A stretch of DNA of 64,000 nt from an uncultured delta proteobacterium (GTDB lineage: Bacteria; Desulfobacterota; Desulfobacteria; Desulfobacterales; SpSt-501). The translations under genes were made by a program, and so were the position numbers. The stretch's first letter is position 1. Each line of letters begins with the position of its first letter. Below the pieces are notes generated by a model, which saw nothing but the letters and a program-made list of their open reading frames with translations, did not search any database and was not told where the DNA came from. Shown here piece by piece: positions 21,851 to 30,856 of this stretch. Where the stretch lies: positions 1,699-65,698 of the forward strand of contig CAVQUW010000005.1 of assembly GCA_963716785.1 (NCBI GenBank), written 5' to 3'.

Positions 21851-22049
21851 TGAATTCGTATAGCCTTCATGTCCTTTTCAAGGACACCACGAAGCATCAA
21901 AATCAACCCGACCGCAGGGGCAGGGGGTGGCTGAGGGTTGGTCGGCTGGAGGTGAGCACCTGCGGCGGGCCGTCTTTTTTTGCCTGTGAGCCAATTGCCT
22001 TCAGCCTTCAACCTGATTTTCGTCTTGAGCCGCCCGGGGATGACACCCA

Positions 22050-22853
22050 TTGAGCTCGATTCTGAAAGCCCTTAAAAAAATCGAAGAGTCCGCATCGCCC
22101 GAACCGGTCCCCGTCCAGGCCGTGGCCGTTGAGCCGCAGTCGGTCTTCCGCACCCGGCTGCGCGAAAAGAAGAGCGCCGCACGGGGGCTGGTCTATGGGG
22201 CGGCGGCGGTCGGGGTCCTCCTCGCCGCCGTGCTGGTGGTCCGCTTTCTGCCGGAGACCCCCCCGCCGGCGGGCGCCCCCCCTTCACCCGCGACCCCCGA
22301 GTCGGCCGCAGGCGGCGTGAAGGAGATTCGCGGCAAAATGCCGCGCGCGGCGGGCAGCCCCTCCCCTTCCTCCCCCATGCCCCCTCCCGTGACGCGCCCC
22401 GGCCCGGCTCCTGGAAACAGTGCGGGGGGGGCAGATCCCGCTGCGGCCCGCCCACCGGCCCCGACGCCACCCGGCCAAAGAGCGGAGGTGAGCAAACCGA
22501 TGCGCGCCAGGAGCCGCGACACCGCCACGATGCCGGCCAAGGAAGAGAGGCCCTTCGTTGTGCGCAAAGAGGCCCCCGCCCCCCCCGCCGAAGGCCCGGG
22601 TGCGGCGCGTGCGGCGCCGGTCAAAACGGCCGAGGATGGCTTCGACCGGTTGGACGAGTCCAAGCTGAAGGTGATGGCCATCGCCTGGTCGCAGGACCCC
22701 AACCGCCGCATCGCGGTCGTCAACGGCCGGATCATCAAGGAGGGCGAATCGGTCGACGGTTACAGCGTCACCCGGATCCGAAAAGACGACATTCTCGTCA
22801 GCGACGGGAGCAAATCCTGGCGTGTCGTGTTCACCCTGAAAACCCAGCCCTGA
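22050..22853 (+). CDS. gspB: GspB/ExeB-like protein
   Basis: The apparent TTG start gives MSSILKALKKIEES, the GspB-type N-terminus. This is followed by a TM, a Pro-rich linker and a conserved C-terminal domain (KVMAIAWSQDPNRRIAVVNGRIIKEGESVDGYSV). Confidence 0.7.
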   Translation: MSSILKALKKIEESASPEPVPVQAVAVEPQSVFRTRLREKKSAARGLVYGAAAVGVLLAAVLVVRFLPETPPPAGAPPSPATPESAAGGVKEIRGKMPRAAGSPSPSSPMPPPVTRPGPAPGNSAGGADPAAARPPAPTPPGQRAEVSKPMRARSRDTATMPAKEERPFVVRKEAPAPPAEGPGAARAAPVKTAEDGFDRLDESKLKVMAIAWSQDPNRRIAVVNGRIIKEGESVDGYSVTRIRKDDILVSDGSKSWRVVFTLKTQP

Positions 22854-22857
22854 ACGG

Positions 22858-24448
22858 ATGCGACCCGTGGCCGAAAAACACAACATCCTGATGGTGGCGG
22901 CGGAAAATGGGGCCCTGGCCGGCGGCAAGGTCGGCGGGTTGGGGGACGTGATCCGCGAAGTGCCCCCCGTTCTGGCGAATCACCACTGTGCGGTGAGCGT
23001 CGTCACCCCCTCCTACGGGTTCCTTCACCGCCATGCGGATCCCCAGGCGACCGCCGTGCTCGAGTTCGACTTCGGCGGCGAGCGGCATCAAGCCGCCGTG
23101 CTCCAGGTCCAAAGCCGAACCCCGGCCGCCGGCGTCACCCACTTTGTCATCGACCACCCCGTGTTCGAATCGCGCGACCCCGTCACCGGCCGGCACCGCA
23201 TCTACACCCCCGACCCTTCCGACGCCCCGTTTGCCAGCGACGCCACAAAATTCGCCCTTTTCGGGACGGCGGTGGCGGAAGCCGTGAACACAGGGTGTTT
23301 TCGGCCGACTGACCTGCCTGCACCTGCACGACTGGCACGCGGCCTTCGTCCTGATCCTGCGGCGCTGCGACGAGGGCTACCGGGAGTTGCAAGCGACTCG
23401 CACGGCATTCTCGATCCACAACCTGGCGCTTCAGGGCGTGCGCCCCTTTCAGGGTCACCCTTCTTCTTTCAAGTCCTGGTTCCCGGGGCTGCAACCGGAC
23501 TGGCGGGATGTGATCGACCCCCGCTGGCCGGTGTGCATCAACCCCATGGCTGCCGCCATCCGCCTGGCGGACTCGGTCCACACGGTGTCGCCTTCCTATG
23601 CGGCGGAGATCCTGAGCCCGAGCGACCCTCCCCGCTATTTCGGGGGCGAAGGTCTCGAGACGGACCTGAGCCTCGCCGACGCCCAGGGGCGGCTGCACGG
23701 CATCCTGAACGGGTGCGCCTACCCGCCGGGGCGCGTCGCGCCGCGGCGCAGCCACCCGGAGCTCTCCGCCCTGCTGCGCTCGCAGCTCATCCGCTGGGCG
23801 GGGGCCCAGGATTTCGTTGCCTGCGCCCACTTCATCGCCCAGGCCCGGCTGGGGGCGCTGGCGGAAAGGGCCGCCCGCCCGCACATGCTCCTCACCGCCG
23901 TCACCCGCGCCGTCGAACAGAAGCTGCTGCTGATGAAGTCAGCCGGCACCCGCTGCCCCTCAGGCCTCGAGGGCATCCTCGAGACGCTCGGCGACCAGGG
24001 CGTCTTCATCCTGCTCGGAACCGGTGACCCGGCCTACGAGAAATTCCTGACCGAGACCAGCTCGCGTTTCGACAACTTCGTCTTTTTGAACGGGTACTCG
24101 GACGCGTGCGCCGAGGCGCTCTATGCGTGCGGGGACCTGTTCATGATGCCGAGCTCCTTCGAGCCGTGCGGGATCGGCCAAATGCTGGCCATGCGCGACG
24201 GCCAGCCCTGCCTCGCCCACCGCATCGGCGGCCTGAAGGACACCGTCGAAGACGGGGTCACTGGGTTCACTTTCGGCGGTGATTCGGTCGCGGCGCAGGT
24301 CGACGGCATGCTCCGCACCCTTGACCGGGCCATCGACTTGAAGAGCGAAGACCCCGCCGCCTGGGATAAAATTCGGCACAACGCGGCCGCCGCCACTTTC
24401 GACTGGGACGAGTCGGTCCGCCGCTACCTCGCCCAACTCTACACCTGA
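22858..24448 (+). pseudogene. glgA: Glycogen synthase (ADP-glucose type); frame broken between 23288 and 23308
   Basis: Frame 1: MRPVAEKHNILMVAAENGALAGGKVGGLGDV...AVAEAVNTG. Frame 2: (F)GRLTCLHLHDWHAAFVLIL...FEPCGIGQMLAMRDG.... Frame 2 has a TGA at 23285-23287, so the shift lies in the GGG/TTTT tract at 23293-23300. Confidence 0.9.
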
Positions 24449-24588
24449 GCCCCTCTCCGGGCACCCTCATCCTCACTCTTCACGCAACCGCGGATCGTTG
24501 TCTTCCCGGCCGCGGGCGTACGCCCACCTCAAGGCACCACGGGGAGCTTCTCCCTGCCCCAGGCCTGGATACCGCGGCGCATGTTGGA
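24288..24588. repeat. Left 301-bp direct repeat (glgA 3' end, intergenic spacer, rhodanese 3' end)
   Basis: Aligns base for base with 26763-27063 (offset 2475). I see 2 mismatches, at 24306/26781 and 24532/27007. Confidence 0.95.
24529..24588 (-). pseudogene. Orphan 3'-terminal fragment (19 codons plus stop) of the rhodanese gene
   Basis: Encodes SNMRRGIQAWGREKLPVVP*, identical to the C-terminus of the intact gene at 27004..27693. Homology stops at the repeat boundary. Confidence 0.85.
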
Positions 24589-24881
24589 CCCCCGAATAAG
24601 AATCGCAGCGGGTGACGACCAAGCGGAGGTCACGTGCACGGATTGAGACCGCGAGCGAACGGTTCCGATCATTGGCCCGAACTGAACTGCCCCCACTTTT
24701 TCCGGTAGAGCGGCATTTCCGCTCAAGAATACTGATCCCGTACCGATATATAAGTATTTACTACGTAATCAACAGCAGGCCGCAGCATGGTGCCGCATCT
24801 GGAAAAGAAATTGATTTAATTATAATTTGATTCTCGACAGACGCCTCGATTCATCCCCGGTGACAATTGGAGACCCCGGTC

Positions 24882-26762
24882 ATGCCGATACACCCCGTGT
24901 TGAGAGATACGGAAGGAAAAGAAATCAAACTTCCGACCCTGCCTGGGGTCGCGTTGAAAATCCTTGACGCCACGAATGGGCAGGCTTCCGGGGTCAATGA
25001 AATCGCAAAAATCATCGCATGCGATCCGCCGCTCAGCGCCAAGATTTTGAGCATCGCTAATTCTCCATTTTTTGGCCTTAAGACCCCGGTCTGCACCGTC
25101 CAACAGGCGCTGGCACTTCTCGGCCTCAATACCGCCGTCAACCTGGCCCTCAGTTTTTCGCTTCTCAACCGGTTTTCGAACAGGAATCGATCCTCCTTCG
25201 ATTACAGGCGGTTTTGGAAAGACTCCCTGGTGGGCGCCATGGCGGCCCAGACGATCGCCGAAGCAGTCCGGGCCCCATTCGCCGGCAGCACCTTTTTCAT
25301 CGGCCTGCTGCAGAACATCGGCAGCCTGATTCTGGCCGAATCCCTGCCCCGCGGCTACGCGCTGGTCGCTGCTGACATCAGTGGCGGCGATCTGCCCTTG
25401 CATTCTGCCGAGCGGCAGCACCTCGGCATCGATCACATGGAACTCGGAGAGCAGCTCTTTCGGGTTTGGGGGCTACCGGAATTATTCTCGGCCGGCATCA
25501 AGTATCATCATCACATCGAGGAACTGCCCACGCGTTCTGGGCCGGAGAAGGATCTCTCCGAGATCCTTCAGCTCTCCGCCTTGTTCATCGAGCTCTTCAG
25601 CGAGCCGGATTCACGGCCGGCGGCCGAGTCGATCAGGGCATTTCTCAAACGCCGCGCCTATCCCCACCCGGTCAGGGTGGAATCGATTGCCGAGGCGATC
25701 AGCGAAAAAATCAAGGTTGTGTTCCCGGTGTTCGAGATAGATGTGGATGAAAACGAGCTCATCCGCATCATCGAAGCCGCCAAAGAGTCACTGACGCAGC
25801 TATCCGGCAACCTTATCATGCAGCTTCATAGCCAGTCGAGACAGATGAAAACCATCAGCCGGATGGCGGAACGCGACGGGCTCACCGGGCTTTACCATCA
25901 AAAACGATTCCGCGAGCTCCTGGATCAGGAGAACAGCCGGGCCGTGCGTTACCGGACCGCTCTTTCGCTCGTCATGGTCGACATCGACCATTTCAAGTCG
26001 GTCAACGACTTCTATGGGCATCTGGCCGGCGACCTGGCTCTGAAAACCATTGCCGACCACCTCAAACGGGAGCTGCGCGAATCCGACCTTGTCGCGCGCT
26101 ACGGTGGGGAGGAATTTGCGCTGATTCTGCCTTCAACCGGGCTCGAAGATGCCGTGAGGGTCGTTGAAAAGCTCATGAAAACAATCAACGCCCTCACCAT
26201 TTCCCACAACGGCAAGTCCTTTTCATTGACGGCCAGCTACGGCATCGCCGCATTGACGGACTACCACCAACCGGCGTCGGAAGCTTTGCTGAGCATGGCC
26301 GACGAGGCATTGTACGAGGCGAAAAATGGGGGCAGAAACAGGTACTGCTGTTTCAAACCACCAGTGACCAGCAGCCAAAAGCCCATGGTCATGGTCGTCG
26401 ATGATGATGATTTCATCCAGGTAACGGTGCCCAAGATGCTCGAACGACTGGGTTGTTCGGTGGTGTCGGCCAAAGGAGGCCAGGAAGCAATCGACACCTT
26501 CCAAACACATGCCGAACGGATCGACATGGTCCTGCTTGATGTGGGCATGCCGGGACCCAGCACCGAGGAAATTATGTCGGATATCAAGAAAAAAAATCCC
26601 GACACGCGAGTCTTCATCTCCAGTGGCTTTGCCGTCGATGATATCGGGGAGAGTCTGATCACGATGGCGGAAGGCTTTCTTCAGAAACCCTATGGAATGG
26701 AGAAGCTGGCCCAAGCAATCGGCCCGGCGGCGAGGAAGCATTCACAGCCACGGGGTGTGTGA
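24882..26762 (+). CDS. HDOD-GGDEF-receiver three-domain protein (diguanylate cyclase with intact GGEEF)
   Basis: ATG 24882 lies 9 nt after GGAG. The N-terminus is HDOD-like (LPTLPGVALKILD...DPPLSAKILSIANSPFFG...). The GGDEF domain has DGLTGLYHQKRF...DIDHFKSVND..GH..GD...RYGGEEFALIL. The C-terminus is REC-like (MVMVVDDDDFI...MVLLDVGMPG...). The gene is visibly lower in GC and richer in A/T-ending codons than its neighbours. Confidence 0.9.
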   Translation: MPIHPVLRDTEGKEIKLPTLPGVALKILDATNGQASGVNEIAKIIACDPPLSAKILSIANSPFFGLKTPVCTVQQALALLGLNTAVNLALSFSLLNRFSNRNRSSFDYRRFWKDSLVGAMAAQTIAEAVRAPFAGSTFFIGLLQNIGSLILAESLPRGYALVAADISGGDLPLHSAERQHLGIDHMELGEQLFRVWGLPELFSAGIKYHHHIEELPTRSGPEKDLSEILQLSALFIELFSEPDSRPAAESIRAFLKRRAYPHPVRVESIAEAISEKIKVVFPVFEIDVDENELIRIIEAAKESLTQLSGNLIMQLHSQSRQMKTISRMAERDGLTGLYHQKRFRELLDQENSRAVRYRTALSLVMVDIDHFKSVNDFYGHLAGDLALKTIADHLKRELRESDLVARYGGEEFALILPSTGLEDAVRVVEKLMKTINALTISHNGKSFSLTASYGIAALTDYHQPASEALLSMADEALYEAKNGGRNRYCCFKPPVTSSQKPMVMVVDDDDFIQVTVPKMLERLGCSVVSAKGGQEAIDTFQTHAERIDMVLLDVGMPGPSTEEIMSDIKKKNPDTRVFISSGFAVDDIGESLITMAEGFLQKPYGMEKLAQAIGPAARKHSQPRGV

Positions 26763-26923
26763 TCGCGGCGCAGGTCGACGACATGCTCCGCACCCTTGAC
26801 CGGGCCATCGACTTGAAGAGCGAAGACCCCGCCGCCTGGGATAAAATTCGGCACAACGCGGCCGCCGCCACTTTCGACTGGGACGAGTCGGTCCGCCGCT
26901 ACCTCGCCCAACTCTACACCTGA
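26763..26923 (+). pseudogene. Orphan 3'-terminal fragment of glgA (161 nt including the stop)
   Basis: Copy of 24288-24448 with one G-to-D codon difference. No upstream glgA sequence is attached. Confidence 0.85.
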
Positions 26924-27063
26924 GCCCCTCTCCGGGCACCCTCATCCTCACTCTTCACGCAACCGCGGATCGTTGTCTTCCCGGCCGCGGGCGTACGCCC
27001 ACCTCACGGCACCACGGGGAGCTTCTCCCTGCCCCAGGCCTGGATACCGCGGCGCATGTTGGA
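26763..27063. repeat. Right 301-bp direct repeat
   Basis: See 24288-24588. It begins immediately after the TGA stop (26760-26762) of the GGDEF gene. Confidence 0.95.
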
Positions 27064-27693
27064 TACGCGCTTGAACCCGTTGTCGATCAGGATCTTGGAG
27101 GCGACCGTGCTGCGGTTGCCCGTGGCACAGTAGACCAGGATCTCCCTGTCCCTGTAGTCCGCGATCTCCCGCCACCGGCGCTGCAGTTCCTGCACCGGTA
27201 TCAGAACGGCGTTTTCCAGGCGCACCTGCCCGAACTCGGCCGGCGTGCGCACATCCAGAATCAGCGGACGGTGGCTGCGGATCAGATCGGCGGCCTCCTG
27301 CGACGAGACTTCCCGGTAGCTTTCCTGCCGGTACTCGACGACTGAAAGACGCCCCGAAGCCTCACCCAAGGTAAACGGGAACACCCCCGTCTGCTCCATT
27401 TTGAAAAAGGGGGCCTCGCCAAAGCCCGCGGGCAGGCGGCGTTCGATGGCCAATCCCGGGATCGACAGAGCCGCTTCGGTCGCCGCGCCGTCGAAATGGA
27501 ACTTGATGTAGTCGCCGCGATAGACGGTCAGTGCCAGGTTGCGGGCATGCGGCGGGACGGTCAGAACCCGGTAGCCGTCGACAATGCGGCCGGAGACCGG
27601 CTGAGGCGGAGCGGCCTCATCCCCGGCGGCGAGCCCAAGGGGCGCACCGATCAGCAGAAGCGTCAGGCAAACGCCTGCAAGCGTTTTGTTCAT
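27004..27693 (-). CDS. Exported rhodanese-domain protein with an N-terminal beta-rich domain
   Basis: Start MNKTLAGVCLTLLLIGAPLGLAAG (signal peptide) at 27693. The C-terminal rhodanese has active-site loop YCATGNRS. Confidence 0.85.
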   Translation of the reverse strand: MNKTLAGVCLTLLLIGAPLGLAAGDEAAPPQPVSGRIVDGYRVLTVPPHARNLALTVYRGDYIKFHFDGAATEAALSIPGLAIERRLPAGFGEAPFFKMEQTGVFPFTLGEASGRLSVVEYRQESYREVSSQEAADLIRSHRPLILDVRTPAEFGQVRLENAVLIPVQELQRRWREIADYRDREILVYCATGNRSTVASKILIDNGFKRVSNMRRGIQAWGREKLPVVP

Positions 27694-27874
27694 GCTCTTT
27701 TTTCCTTTCACACGAAGGCTGACACACGTGCGGAAGATCGGTCCAATCGATGGGTTTGTAAAGGGGGGCGGGGTGAGGACGAGTCGGCCAAGGCCGGAGG
27801 GGGCAGGATATAATCGTGACCGACCGGGGCGGCATGGCGCCCCGCGCAAAAGAAACCGCGCTCCCCGTAGCGTT

Positions 27875-28552
27875 TTACCGGGTGCACTCCGGCGGTGCAT
27901 CGGGAGCCGGTTTTTCGGAGGCCCTCTCGACCATGATCACCGGGTACGCAAGGGCCCTCAGTTCCTCGATCAGGGTTTCCGGGCCGCCGCCCTCGAGCGA
28001 GAGGTAGCACATGGCCCCGCCGTCCGGCTTCAGGTAGGTGAGCAGGGCCAGGATCCGGCAGCCGTGCCGGATGCAGAGCCGGGCATAGTCCGCTTTCGGG
28101 CCGCCCCGCCGGGCGGGCTCTTCGAAGAGGATGTTGACCCCGCTGCAGGAGTTGAGGACCCCGAAAAGCGCCTTGAACACATCCGACTCCGTGATGATGC
28201 CTTTCAGCTTCCCCTGGTGCAGGACCGGCACCCCGCCGATGCGGTGGCTGAGCATCAGCCGGGCGGCCGTCTCGAGATGATCGTTCAAACCCAGGGTCTT
28301 CACCGGGGCCGTCATGATGTGCCGCACCGCCAGGTCCATCCCGTCCACACCGGCCTGGGTGGACGCCTGGGCCGGGGTCCCGGGCAGAATCCGCAGCAGG
28401 TCCCGCTCGCTGACGATGCCGACCAGCTTTTCGCCGTCCACCACCGGGGCCCGTCGAACCCCGTGACGGGAGAGATCGAGCAGCGCCTCGTGGCAGGTGC
28501 GGCCCGGTGCGAGCGTGAGCACATCGGTGGTCATGAAATGTCGCACCAGCAT
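27875..28552 (-). CDS. CBS-pair protein with C-terminal ACT-like domain (AcuB-like)
   Basis: MLVRHFMTTDVLTL...GIVSERDLL...IMTAPV...GIITESDVF. Length is 225 aa. Confidence 0.8.
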   Translation of the reverse strand: MLVRHFMTTDVLTLAPGRTCHEALLDLSRHGVRRAPVVDGEKLVGIVSERDLLRILPGTPAQASTQAGVDGMDLAVRHIMTAPVKTLGLNDHLETAARLMLSHRIGGVPVLHQGKLKGIITESDVFKALFGVLNSCSGVNILFEEPARRGGPKADYARLCIRHGCRILALLTYLKPDGGAMCYLSLEGGGPETLIEELRALAYPVIMVERASEKPAPDAPPECTR

Positions 28553-28739
28553 GAAGGGGTTATCGGCCTTTGAGGCGATTGACTTTACCCCCGGGGTCGG
28601 TGCGGGTGCTGAGCCGAAAGGGCCGGCAGAATCGCCCCCGAGCGTTTTTCGAGCTCATCCGCCGGTCCTTGGCGAAGGCTCCGGGTCGCCGGGCCGGCGC
28701 CGCCCCCAGAGGGGCGCGGCACCGGCCGAGCGGCACGTT

Positions 28740-29915
28740 TCAGCTTTGGGTGGCTTTCTTGTATAGGGGGGAGATGCGGCGCAAAGTCGTGACCACGTTC
28801 TTGAGCGAAACGAGAAAGGTGTCGACATCCGCCGCGGTGTTGTCGATGCCGAAGGAGACCACCAGGGTCCCCTGGGCGTCGGCGTGGCTGAGCCCGAGGG
28901 AGAGCAGCACGTGTGAGGCACGCAGCGACCCCGTGGCGCAGGCCGAGCGGGTGGAGACCGCAATGTTGTCGTCGTCCAGCATCAGCATGACGCTCTCGCC
29001 CTCGATGTACTGGATGGACATGGAGACGAGGTGCGGCAGGCTGTGCTCGGGGTGCGTGTTGATGATGACCTCGTCGACGTACCGCGGCAGATCGCTCAAC
29101 AGCTTGTCCTTCAGCCCCTTGAGATGGGCGTAGCGCTCGTGGATGTCGCGCGCGGCGAGCTCGGCCGCCTTTCCCATGCCGATGATCCCGACCAGGTTCT
29201 CGGCCCCGGCGCGCTTGTTGCTCTCCTGGACGCCGCCGTCGAGCAGGGGGAACACTTTCGTCCCGCGCCGGATGTAGAGCCCGCCGACGCCCGTGGGGCC
29301 GTAGAAGGTGTTGGCGGCAAAGCTCACCAGATCGGCCCCGAGCTTTTTCACGTCGAGCGGCACGATCCCGATCGAGTCCACGGCGTCGGTGTGGAAGATG
29401 GTCTTCTTGTCGCGCGCGATCCGGCCGATCTCCTCGATCGGCTGGATGGTGCCGGTCTCGTTGTTGCTGTGCATGACGGAAATGAGTATGGTCTCATCGG
29501 TGACGGCCTCGGCCACATCCCGCGGGTTCACCCGCCCCTTTTCGTCCACCGACAGCGAGGTGACCGTGAACCCGTCCGACTTCAGGCGCCGCAGGCTGCG
29601 GATGACGGCGTTGTGCTCGATGTTGGTGGTGACGATGTGCTTGCCCTTGCCCGCGTTGGCCATGGCCACCCCCTTGATGGCATGGTTCACGGACTCGGTC
29701 CCCCCGGAGGTGAAAACGACCTCCTTGGGGTTCTCGGCGCCCAGCAGACCGGCCACCTGCTGCCGGGCTTCATCCAAGGCGGCGGCGGCTTCCTCGCCCG
29801 CCTTGTGCTGGCTGGCGGGGTTGTGGAGATCCCGGTTGATGGCATCGATCATCGCCTGCTTGACTTCCGGCAGCAGAGGATTGGATGAGATGTGGTCCAG
29901 GTTGATCGTGGTCAT
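28740..29915 (-). CDS. nifS: NifS/IscS-family class V aminotransferase-fold protein (the canonical PLP lysine is not present)
   Basis: Start MTTINLDHISSNP at 29915. Contains TSGGTESVNHAIKG, TTNIEHNAV, HTDAVDSIG and the active-site Cys loop STRSACATG. The usual SxSGHKxxGPKG motif reads SFAANTFYGPTG. Length is 391 aa. Confidence 0.85.
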   Translation of the reverse strand: MTTINLDHISSNPLLPEVKQAMIDAINRDLHNPASQHKAGEEAAAALDEARQQVAGLLGAENPKEVVFTSGGTESVNHAIKGVAMANAGKGKHIVTTNIEHNAVIRSLRRLKSDGFTVTSLSVDEKGRVNPRDVAEAVTDETILISVMHSNNETGTIQPIEEIGRIARDKKTIFHTDAVDSIGIVPLDVKKLGADLVSFAANTFYGPTGVGGLYIRRGTKVFPLLDGGVQESNKRAGAENLVGIIGMGKAAELAARDIHERYAHLKGLKDKLLSDLPRYVDEVIINTHPEHSLPHLVSMSIQYIEGESVMLMLDDDNIAVSTRSACATGSLRASHVLLSLGLSHADAQGTLVVSFGIDNTAADVDTFLVSLKNVVTTLRRISPLYKKATQS

Positions 29916-29943
29916 GGTCAGCCCCCTTGCCCGCCAGCGGCGA

Positions 29944-30459
29944 TCAGTGCTCTTCGTTGAGGTCGTGCTGGCACGCCTCGCAGAAGGAAGACTCGGTTTC
30001 GAGCTCGACGTCGCAATAGGGACAATAGCACTTGTCGCCGTGGGAATGTTCGTGCTCGTCCTTGCGCTTGGGCTCTGGCCGGGTGATTCCGGCTTTGCGG
30101 TCCTCGAAATCCTTGATGGCCAGCTGCAGGGCGTCGGCGCCGAGGTTGGAGCAGTGCAGCTTGTTCTTCGGCAGCCCCTCGAGCGCCTCGGCCACGTCCT
30201 TGTTGGTGATTTTTTTGGCCTCCGCCAGGGACTTTCCCCGGGCGATCTCCGTGAGCATGCTGGACACGGCGATGGCCGAACCGCAACCGAAGGTCTGGAA
30301 TTTGATGTCCTCGATGCGATCGTCATCGATTTTCAGATAAATCGTCATCATGTCCCCGCAGAGGGGATTGCCGACCTCGCCCACGCCGTCCGCGTCTTCG
30401 ATCACCCCCACGTTGCGGGGGTTCCGGAAGTGATCCATCACCACTTTGTTGTACATCAT
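29944..30459 (-). CDS. nifU: IscU/NifU-type Fe-S scaffold with a C-terminal Cys-rich (zinc-ribbon-like) tail
   Basis: Start MMYNKVVMDHFRNPRNVG at 30459. The three scaffold Cys sit in the contexts LCGD, GCGS and LHCS. The tail reads HEHSHGDKCYCPYCDVELETESSFCEACQ. Confidence 0.9.
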   Translation of the reverse strand: MMYNKVVMDHFRNPRNVGVIEDADGVGEVGNPLCGDMMTIYLKIDDDRIEDIKFQTFGCGSAIAVSSMLTEIARGKSLAEAKKITNKDVAEALEGLPKNKLHCSNLGADALQLAIKDFEDRKAGITRPEPKRKDEHEHSHGDKCYCPYCDVELETESSFCEACQHDLNEEH

Positions 30460-30856
30460 CCCAGCTAACCCTCCATCTTTTCGATTCTGCGCGGCCCTCG
30501 GTCCGTTGGCCTGCAGTGTTTGCGGGCAGACCGCCGGAAATATGCGCAGCAGCCCCGGAACCCGCTCAAGTGATGCCGTGTGACAGGCACCAGCTTGTAA
30601 TATAGCCACGGGGGGCCGGTCGGTAAAGAACCGGGGCCGCCGCCGAGGCCCGCCTAATGTAACCGGATCCGCCGGTTTCCGCAACCCCTTGCCGGCCTCA
30701 GGGGGGATCCCGGCGGGAGTGGTTTTGAAGCGACCTGCCGCAAGGGCATCGAATCGTCGGCCGGTTTGACTTATGGCCGACTTGCCCATAAGTTGAAACA
30801 CGGTCTGGTGCGGCCCGTTCCAGGGCCGCACGGGAAGAAAGGGCTTGAGCACTCCG

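Noticed and set aside
24612-24830. The 72-aa ORF in the AT-rich left part of the cassette, considered as a possible remnant recombinase or small gene.
   Set aside because: It has no recognisable motifs, no Shine-Dalgarno, and an odd composition (Arg/Ile/Tyr runs). It is more likely non-coding promoter DNA for the GGDEF gene.
24288-27063. The 301-bp duplication as a pure assembly artefact.
   Set aside because: This is not fully excluded. However, the copies differ at two positions, the junctions are precise, and the enclosed DNA has a distinct composition. I kept it as a finding, with read-level validation requested.
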